Origin: Utricularia gibba
Taxonomy: Eukaryota > Plantae > Magnoliophyta
Reading direction: 5' to 3'
Assembly: GCA_002189035.1 (NCBI GenBank)
Contig: NEEC01000163.1
Span: 20,522 to 84,521, forward strand
Length of the DNA: 64,000 bases
The notes beneath the pieces were generated by a model. That model was not told the DNA's origin. It made no database searches and saw only the letters and a program-made list of their open reading frames with translations. Shown here one piece after another: positions 54,401-64,000 of this stretch (the stretch's first letter is position 1; each line of letters starts with the position of its first letter). The position numbers and the translations under genes are program-made.

Positions 54401-57400
54401 GTGCTCGGGCCTGGGAATTCCTACACCAAGGGGTGGCCTCGCGCAGCCTTCGCCATTGACGCCACATCGTCCAAACCGTTTAGAGTCACGCGACACACAG
54501 CATACCGTTTCGAAGCTCATTCTGAGACGATCGTTTTTCGTGTTGGGAGTCGCCCATCCGAGGAAAGTTCGAAGCTCGACGGATGGCCCTATATAAGCCT
54601 TGAATGGTGTCACAAAATGGCTAGCCATTGGGGACGTTGGGACTCGTTTTGCTCGTTTTTATGCGAAAATAATTCTCGGCTTGCGAAACACGCGTGATTC
54701 GTTAATATATGTCAAAATCTTGAATTTCGCGGCATTCTCATGCGTTTCTCGAGTGTGCTCGGGCCCTGGGACTTCCTACACCAAGGGGTGGCCTCGCGCA
54801 GCCTTCGCCATTGACGCCACATCGTCCAAACGTTTAGAGTCACGCGACACACAGCATACCGTTTCGAAGCTCATTCTGAGACGGTCGTTTTTCGTGTTGG
54901 GAGTTCGCCATCCGAGGAAAGTTCGAAGCTCGAAGGATGGCCCTATATAAGCCTTGAATGGTGTCACAAAATGGTCTAGCCATTGGGGACATTGCGACTC
55001 CTTTGCTCGTTTTTATGCGAAAATTATTCTCGGCTTGCGAAACACGCGTGATTCGTTAATATATGTCAAAATCTTGAATTTCGCGGCATTCTCATGCGTT
55101 TCTCCGAGTGTGCTCGGGCCCGGGAATTCCTACATTAAGGGGTGGCCTCGCGCAGCCTTCGCCATTGACGCCACATCGTCCAAACCGTTTAGAGTCACGC
55201 GACACACAGCATACCGTTTCGAAGCTCATTCCGAGACGGTCGTTTTTCGTGTTGGGAGTTCGCCCATCCGAGGAAAGTTCGAAGCTCGACGGATGGCCCT
55301 ATATAAGCCTTGAATGGTGTCACAAAATGGCCTAGCCATTGGGGACGTTGGGACTCCTTTGCTCGTTTTTATGCGAAAATAATTCTCGGCTTGCGAAACA
55401 CGCGTGATTCGTTAATATATGTCAAAATCTTGAATTTCGCGGCATTCTCATGCGTTTCTCGGTGTGCTCGGGCCCTGGGACTTCCTACACCAAGGGGTGG
55501 CCTCGCGCAGCCTTCGCCATTGACGCCACATCAAAAACCGTTTAGAGTCACGCGACACACAGCATACCGTTTCGAAGCTCATTCTGAGACGGTCGTTTTT
55601 CGTGTTGGGTTCGCCCATCCGCAAAGTTCGAAGCTCGGATGGCCCTATATAAGCCTTGAATGGTGTCACAAAATGGCCTAGCCATTGGGGACGTTGCGAC
55701 TCCTTTGCTCGTTTTTATGCGAAAATTATTCTCGGCTTGCGAAACACGCGTGATTCGTTAATATATGTCAAAATCTTGAATTTCGGGCATTCTCATGCGT
55801 TTCTCCGGTGTGCTCGGGCCCTGGGAATTCCTACATTAAGGGGTGGCCTCGCGCAGCCTTCGCCATTGACGCCACATCGTCCAAACCGTTTAGAGTCACG
55901 CGACACACAGCATACCGTTTCGAAGCTCATTCTGAGACGGTCGTTTTTCGTGTTGGGAGTTGCCCATCCGAGGAAAGTTCGAAGCTCGAAGGATGGCCTT
56001 ATATAGCCTTCAATGGTGTCACAAATGGTCTAGCCATTGGGGACGTTGCGACTCCTTTGCTCGTTTTTATGCGAAAATTATTCTCGGCTTGCGAAACACG
56101 CGTGATTCGTTAATATATGTCAAAATCTTGAATTTCGCGGCATTCTCATGCGTTTCTCGGGTGTGCTCGGGCCCTGGGAATTCCTACACCAAGGGGTGGC
56201 CTCGCGCAGCCTTCGCCATTGACGCCACATCGTCCAAACCGTTTAGAGTCACGCGACACACAGCATACCGTTTCGAAGCTCATTCTGAGACGATCGTTTT
56301 TCGTGTTGGGAGTCGCCCATCCGAGGAAAGTTCGAAGCTCGACGGATGGCCCTATATAAGCCTTGAATGGTGTCACAAAATGGCCTAGCCATTGGGGACG
56401 TTGGGACTCGTTTGCTCGTTTTTATGCGAAAATAATCTCGGCTTGCGAAACACGCGTGATTCGTTAATATATGTCAAAATCTTGAATTTCGCGGCATTCT
56501 CATGCGTTTCTCGGGTGTGCTCGGGCCCGGGACTTCCTACACCAAGGGGTGGCCTCGCGCAGCCTTCGCCATTGACGCCACATCGTCCAAACCGTTTAGA
56601 GTCACGCGACACACAGCATACCGTTTCGAAGCTCATTCTGAGACGATCGTTTTTCGTGTTGGGAGTCGCCCATCCGAGGAAAGTTCGAAGCTCGACGGAT
56701 GGCCTATATTAGCCTTGAATGGTGTCACAAAATGGTCTAGCCATTGGGGACGTTGGACTCCTTTGCTCGTTTTTATGCGAAAATTATTCTCGGCTTGCGA
56801 AACGCGTGATTCGTTAATATATGTCAAAATCTTGAATTTCGCGGCATTCTCATGCGTTTCTACGGGTGTGCTCGGGCCGGGACTTCCTACACCAAGGGGT
56901 GGCCTCGCGCAGCCTTCGCCATTGACGCCACATCGTCCAAACCGTTTAGAGTCACGCGACACACAGCATACCGTTTCGAAGCTCATTCTGAGACGATCGT
57001 TTTTCGTGTTGGGAGTTCGCCCATCCGAAAAGTTCGAAGCTCGACGGATGGCCTATATTAGCCTTGAATGGTGTCACAAAATGGCTAGCCATTGGGGACG
57101 TTGCGACTCCTTTGCTCGTTTTTATGCGAAAATTATTCTCGGATTGCGAAACACGCGTGATTCGTTAATATATGTCAAAAATCTTGAATTTCGCGGCATT
57201 CTCATGCGTTTCTCCGAGTGTGCTCGGGCCGGGAATTCCTACACCAAGGGGTGGCCTCGCGCAGCCTTCGCCATTGACGCCACATCGTCCAAACCGTTTA
57301 GAGTCACGCGACACACAGCATACCGTTTCGAAGCTCATTCTGAGACGATCGTTTTTCGTGTTGGTCGCCCATCCGAGGAAAGTTCGAAGCTCGAAGGATG

Positions 57401-59569
57401 GCCCTATATAGCCTTGAATGGTGTCACAAAATGGCCTAGCCATTGGGGACGTTGGGACTCCGTTTGCTCGTTTTTATGCGAAAATTATTCTCGGCTTGCG
57501 AAACACGCGTGATTCGTTAATATATGTCAAAATCTTGAATTTCGCGGCATTCTCATGCGTTTCTCGGGTGTGCTCGGGCCCGGGAATTCCTACAAAGGGG
57601 TGGCCTCGCGCAGCCTTCGCCATTGACGCCACATCGTCCAACCGTTTAGAGTCACGCGACACACAGCATACCGTTTCGAAGCTCATTCTGAGACGGTCGT
57701 TTTTCGTGTTGGGAGTTGCCCATCCGAGGAAAGTTCGAAGCTCGACGGATGGCCCTATATAGCCTTGAATGGTGTCACAAATGGCTAGCCATTGGGGACG
57801 TTGCGACTCCTTTGCTCGTTTTTATGCGAAAATTATTCTCGGCTTGCGAAACACGCGTGATTCGTTAATATATGTCAAAATCTTGAATTTCGCGGCATTC
57901 TCATGCGTTTCTCGGAGTGTGCTCGGGCCCTGGGAATTCCTACACCAAGGGGTGGCCTCGCGCAGCCTTCGCCATTGACGCCACATCGTCCAAACCGTTT
58001 AGAGTCACGCGACACACAGCATACCGTTTCGAAGCTCATTCTGAGACGATCGTTTTTCGTGTTGGGAGTTCGCCCATCCGAGGAAAGTTCGAAGCTCGAC
58101 GGATGGCCCTATATAAGCCTTGAATGGTGTCACAAAATGGTCTAGCCATTGGGGACGCGACTCCTTTGCTCGTTTTTATGCGAAAATTTTCTCGGCTTGC
58201 GAAACACGCGTGATTCGTTAATATATGTCAAAATCTTGAATTTCGCGGCATTCTCATGCGTTTCTAGTGTGCTCGGGCCCTGGGAATTCCTACACCAAGG
58301 GGTGGCCTCGCGCAGCCTTCGCCATTGACGCCACATCGTCCAAACCGTTTAGAGTCACGCGACACACAGCATACCGTTTCGAAGCTCATTCTGAGACGGT
58401 CGTTTTTCGTGTTGGGAGTTCGCCCATCCGAGGAAAGTTCGAAGCTCGACGGGATGGCCCTATATAAGCCTTGAATGGTGTCACAAAATGGCCTAGCCAT
58501 TGGGGACGTTGGGACTCGTTTGCTCGTTTTTATGCGAAAATATCTCGGCTTGCGAAACACGCGTGATTCGTTAATATATGTCAAAATCTTGAATTTCGCG
58601 GCATTCTCATGCGTTTCTCTGTGCTCGGGCCCTGGGACTTCCTACACCAAGGGGTGGCCTCGCGCAGCCTTCGCCATTGACGCCACGTCCAAACCGTTTA
58701 GAGTCACGCGACACACAGCATACCGTTTCGAAGCTCATTCTGAGACGGTCGTTTTTCGTGTTGGGAGCTTGCCCATCCGAGGAAAGTTCGAAGCTCGAGG
58801 ATGGCCCTATAGCCTTGAATGGTGTCAAAATGGCTAGCCATTGGGGACGTTGGACTCGTTTGCTCGTTTTTATGCGAAAATTTTCTCGGATTGCGAAACA
58901 CGCGTGATTCGTTAATATATGTCAAAATCTTGAATTTCGCGGCATTCTCATGCGTTTCTCCGAGTGTGCTCGGGCCCTGGGAATTCCTACATTAAGGGGT
59001 GGCCTCGCGCAGCCTTCGCCATTGACGCCACATCGTCCAAACCGTTTAGAGTCACGCGACACACAGCATACCGTTTCGAAGCTCATTCTGAGACGGTCGT
59101 TTTTCGTGTTGGGAGTTGCCCATCCGAGGAAAGTTCGAAGCTCGAAGGATGGCCCTATATAGCCTTGAATGGTGTCACAAAATGGTCTAGCCATTGGGGA
59201 CATTGCGACTCCTTTGCTCGTTTTTATGCGAAAATTATTCTCGGCTTGCGAAACACGCGTGATTCGTTAATATATGTCAAAATCTTGAATTTCGCGGCAT
59301 TCTCATGCGTTTCTCGGGTGTGCTCGGGCCCTGGGACTTCCTACATTAAGGGGTGGCCTCGCGCAGCCTTCGCCATTGACGCCACATCGTCCAAACCGTT
59401 TAGAGTCACGCGACACAGCATACCGTTTCGAAGCTCATTCTGAGACGATCGTTTTTCGTGTTGGGAGTTCGCCCATCCGAGGAAAGTTCGAAGCTCGACG
59501 GATGGCCTATATAGCCTTGAATGGTGTCACAAAATGGTAGCCATTGGGGACGTTGCGACTCCTTTGCTC

Positions 59570-59690
59570 GTTTTTATGCGAAAATTGCGAAACACGCGTG
59601 ATTCGTTAATATATGTCAAAATCTTGAATTTCGCGGCATTCTCATGCGCTCGGGGGAACACAAGGGGTGGCCTCGCAGCCTTCGCCATTG
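59570..59690 (+). other. Degenerate, multiply deleted monomer junction
   Basis: GCGAAAATTGCGAAAC and CATGCGCTCGGGGGAACACAAGGGG together lack about 40 bp relative to consensus. Confidence 0.8.
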
Positions 59691-62600
59691 ACGCCACATC
59701 GTCCAAACCGTTTAGAGTCACGCGACACACAGCATACCGTTTCGAAGCTCATTCTGAGACGGTCGTTTTTCGTGTTGGGAGTTCGCCCATCCGAGGAAAG
59801 TTCGAAGCTCGACGGATGGCCCTATATAAGCCTTGAATGGTGTCACAAAATGGCCTAGCCATTGGGGACGTTGGGACCTTTTGCTCGTTTTTATGCGAAA
59901 ATTCTCGGCTTGCGAAACACGCGTGATTCGTTAATATATGTCAAAATCTTGAATTTCGCGGCATTCTCATGCGTTTCTCGGTGTGCTCGGGCCCTGGGAA
60001 TTCCTACAAGGGGTGGCCTCGCGCAGCCTTCGCCATTGACGCCACATCGTCCAAAACCGTTTAGAGTCACGACACACAGCATACCGTTTCGAAGCTCATT
60101 CTGAGACGGTCGTTTTTCGTGTTGGGAGTTGCCCATCCGAGGAAAGTTCGAAGCTCGAAGGATGGCCCTATATAAGCCTTGAATGGTGTCACAAAATGGT
60201 CTAGCCATTGGGGACGTTGCGACTCCTTTGCTCGTTTTTATGCGAAAATATTCTCGGCTTGCGAAACACGCGTGATTCGTTAATATATGTCAAAATCTTG
60301 AATTTCGCGGCATTCTCATGCGTTTCTACGGTGTGCTCGGGCCCTGGGACTTCCTACACCAAGGGGTGGCCTCGCGCAGCCTTCGCCATTGACGCCACAT
60401 CGTCCAAACCGTTTAGAGTCACGCGACACACAGCATACCGTTTCGAAGCTCATTCTGAGACGATCGTTTTTCGTGTTGGGAGTTCGCCCATCCGAGGAAA
60501 GTTCGAAGCTCGACGGATGGCCCTATATAAGCCTTGAATGGTGTCACAAAATGGTCTAGCCATTGGGGACATTGCGACTCCTTTGCTCGTTTTTATGCGA
60601 AAATTATTCTCGGATTGCGAAACACGCGTGATTCGTTAATATATGTCAAAATCTTGAATTTCGCGGCATTCTCATGCGTTTCTCCGAGTGCTCGGGCCCT
60701 GGGAATTCCTACATTAAGGGGTGGCCTCGCGCAGCCTTCGCCATTGACGCCACATCGTCCAAACCGTTTAGAGTCACGCGACACACAGCATACCGTTTCG
60801 AAGCTCATTCTGAGACGGTCGTTTTTCGTGTTGGGAGTTCGCCCATCCGAGGAAAGTTCGAAGCTCGACGGATGGCCTATATAGCCTTGAATGGTGTCAC
60901 AAAATGGCCTAGCCATTGGGGACGTTGCGACTCGTTTGCTCGTTTTTATGCGAAAATAATCTCGGCTTGCGAAACACGCGTGATTCGTTAATATATGTCA
61001 AAATCTTGAATTTCGCGGCATTCTCATGCGTTTCTCGTGTGCTCGGGCCCTGGGAATTCCTACACCAGGGGTGGCCTCGCGCAGCCTTCGCCATTGACGC
61101 CACATCGTCCAAAACGTTTAGAGTCACGACACACAGCATACCGTTTCGAAGCTCATTCTGAGACGGTCGTTTTTCGTGTTGGAGTTGCCCATCCGAGAAA
61201 GTTCGAAGCTCGGATGGCCCTATATAAGCCTTGAATGGTGTCACAAAATGGCCTAGCCATTGGGGACGTTGGGACTCGTTTGCTCGTTTTTATGCGAAAA
61301 TTATTCTCGGCTTGCGAAACACGCGTGATTCGTTAATATATGTCAAAATCTTGAATTTCGCGGCATTCTCATGCGTTTCTCCGAGTGTGCTCGGGCCCTG
61401 GGAATTCCTACATTAGGGGTGGCCTCGCGCAGCCTTCGCCATTGACGCCACATCGTCCAAACCGTTTAGAGTCACGCGACACACAGCATACCGTTTCGAA
61501 GCTCATTCTGAGACGATCGTTTTTCGTGTTGGGAGTTCGCCCATCCGAGGAAAGTTCGAAGCTCGAAGGATGGCCTATATTAGCCTTGAATGGTGTCACA
61601 AAATGGTCTAGCCATTGGGGACATTGCGACTCCTTTGCTCGTTTTTATGCGAAAATTATTCTCGGCTTGCGAAACACGCGTGATTCGTTAATATATGTCA
61701 AAATCTTGAATTTCGCGGCATTCTCATGCGTTTCTCGGGTGTGCTCGGGCCCTGGGAATTCCTACACCAAGGGGTGGCCTCGCGCAGCCTTCGCCATTGA
61801 CGCCACATCGTCCAAACCGTTTAGAGTCACGCGACACACAGCATACCGTTTCGAAGCTCATTCTGAGACGATCGTTTTTCGTGTTGGGAGTCGCCCATCC
61901 GAGGAAAGTTCGAAGCTCGAAGGGATGCCTATATTAGCCTTGAATGGTTTCACAAATGGTCTAGCCATTGGGGACGTTGCGACTCCTTTGCTCGTTTTTA
62001 TGCGAAAATTTTCTCGGATTGCGAAACACGCGTGATTCGTTAATATATGTCAAAATCTTGAATTTCGCGCATTCTCATGCGTTTCTAGGGTGTGCTCGGG
62101 CCTGGGACTTCCTACACCAAGGGGTGGCCTCGCGCAGCCTTCGCCATTGACGCCACATCGTCCAAACCGTTTAGAGTCACGCGACACACAGCATACCGTT
62201 TCGAAGCTCATTCGAGACGGTCGTTTTTCGTGTTGGGAGCCCATCCGAGGAAAGTTCGAAGCTCGACGGATGGCCCTATATAGCCTTGAATGGTGTCACA
62301 AAATGGCCTAGCCATTGGGGACGTTGGGACTCCTTTGCTCGTTTTTATGCGAAAACTAATCTCGGCTTGCGAAACACGCGTGATTCGTTAATATATGTCA
62401 AAATCTTGAATTTCGCGGCATTCTCATGCGTTTCTCGGTGTGCTCGGGCCCTGGGACTTCCTACACCAAGGGGTGGCCTCGCGCAGCCTTCGCCATTGAC
62501 GCCACATCGTCCAAACCGTTTAGAGTCACGCGACACACAGCATACCGTTTCGAAGCTCATTCCGAGACGGTCGTTTTTTGTGTTGGGAGCTTGCCCATCC

Positions 62601-64000
62601 GAGGAAAGTTCGAAGCTCGAAGGATGGCCCTATATAAGCCTTCAATGGTGTCACAAATGGCCTAGCCATTGGGGACGTTGGACTCCTTTGCTCGTTTTTA
62701 TGCGAAAATTTTCTCGGCTTGCGAAACACGCGTGATTCGTTAATATATGTCAAAATCTTGAATTTCGCGGCATTCTCATGCGTTTCTACGGGTGTGCTCG
62801 GGCCCGGGACTTCCTACACCAAGGGGTGGCCTCGCGCAGCCTTCGCCATTGACGCCACATCGTCCAAACCGTTTAGAGTCACGCGACACACAGCATACCG
62901 TTTCGAAGCTCATTCTGAGACGATCGTTTTTCGTGTTGGGAGTTCGCCCATCCGAGGAAAGTTCGAAGCTCGACGGATGGCCCTATATAAGCCTTGAATG
63001 GTGTCACAAAATGGTCTAGCCATTGGGGACGTTGCGACTCCTTTGCTCGTTTTTATGCGAAAATTATTCTCGGATTGCGAAACACGCGTGATTCGTTAAT
63101 ATATGTCAAAATCTTGAATTTCGCGGCATTCTCATGCGTTTCTCCGAGTGTGCTCGGGCCCTGGAATTCCTACATTAAGGGGTGGCCTCGCGCAGCCTTC
63201 GCCATTGACGCCACATCGTCCAAACCGTTTAGAGTCACGCGACACACAGCATACCGTTTCGAAGCTCATTCCGAGACGTCGTTTTTCGTGTTGGGAGTTC
63301 CCCATCCGAGGAAAGTTCGAAGCTCGACGGATGGCCCTATATAAGCCTTGAATGGTGTCACAAAATGGCCTAGCCATTGGGGACGTTGCGACTCCTTTGC
63401 TCGTTTTTATGCGAAAATTTCTCGGCTTGCGAAACACGCGTGATTCGTTAATATATGTCAAAATCTTGAATTTCGCGGCATTCTCATGCGTTTCTCGGTG
63501 TGCTCGGGCCCTGGGACTTCCTACACCAAGGGGTGGCCTCGCGCAGCCTTCGCCATTGACGCCACATCGTCCAAACCGTTTAGAGTCACGCGACACACAG
63601 CATACCGTTTCGAAGCTCATTCCGAGACGGTCGTTTTTCGTGTTGGGAGCTTGCCCATCCGAGGAAAGTTCGAAGCTCGAGGATGGCCTATATAAGCCTT
63701 GAATGGTGTCACAAAATGGCCTAGCCATTGGGGACGTTGGGACTCCTTTGCTCGTTTTTATGCGAAAATTGTTCTCGGCTTGCGAAACACGCGTGATTCG
63801 TTAATATATGTCAAAATCTTGAATTTCGCGGCATTCTCATGCGTTTCTCCGAGTGTGCTCGGGCCCTGGAATTCCTACATTAAGGGGTGGCCTCGCGCAG
63901 CCTTCGCCATTGACGCCACATCGTCCAAACCGTTTAGAGTCACGCGACACACAGCATACCGTTTCGAAGCTCATTCTGAGACGGTCGTTTTTCGTGTTGG

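Larger units (their letters stand above)
1..64000 (+). repeat. Tandem satellite DNA array, ~355-357 bp monomer, ~182 head-to-tail copies; candidate Oryza TrsA/Os48-type subtelomeric satellite
   Basis: The motif GCCTTCGC at 1 recurs at 356. The CTCATGCG landmark recurs from ATG 294 to ATG 63839 (about 181 intervals, mean about 351 bp). All copies have the same orientation and no unique sequence was seen. The array itself is certain; the family name is recalled from size and motifs, not searched (about 0.6). Confidence 0.98.

Noticed and set aside
56502-57512. 336-aa ORF, the longest in the window
   Set aside because: It is a concatenation of the three plus-strand monomer frames joined by 1-bp indels. 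It shows no domain signature, and consensus monomers have stops in all three plus frames.
294-63728. Hundreds of short ORFs (e.g. MRFSECARALG..., MNGVTKW...) as a tandem peptide gene family
   Set aside because: They overlap in several frames and on both strands. Indels ignore codon phase, so there is no sign of coding constraint.
1-64000. CRISPR array
   Set aside because: There are no unique spacers. The entire ~355-bp unit repeats and no cas genes are present.
1-64000. Functional 5S rDNA or tRNA gene array
   Set aside because: The unit size resembles plant 5S arrays, but only 12-15-nt fragments match. There is no 120-nt gene, no cloverleaf, and the A- and B-box-like motifs are in the wrong order.

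Overview
The whole 64-kb window is one uninterrupted head-to-tail tandem satellite array. I counted about 182 copies by eye using the CTCATGCG landmark. The full-length consensus is about 357 bp, the mean observed spacing is about 351 bp, GC is about 50%, and the monomer is CpG-rich. I see no protein-coding genes, RNA genes, transposon insertions, inversions or telomere repeats. All ORFs in the track are repeated translations of the monomer, joined by small indels. The monomer length, the polymorphic EcoRI site, and short 5S-rRNA-like and tRNA-box-like motifs fit my recollection of the Oryza 355-bp subtelomeric satellite TrsA/Os48; this is unverified and needs a BLAST search. The structure worth following up lies inside the array. 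It includes 5S-like fragments on both strands, a stem-loop enclosing a tRNA T-loop/B-box-like motif, and a TATA motif that is polymorphic between monomers. Monomers fall into discrete subfamilies arranged in local higher-order repeats of period 2, 4 and 5. Rare variants recur tens of kb apart with linked flanks, and haplotype frequencies shift along the array. A deletion-biased, homopolymer-centred indel pattern suggests long-read error, so single-copy variants should be treated cautiously.
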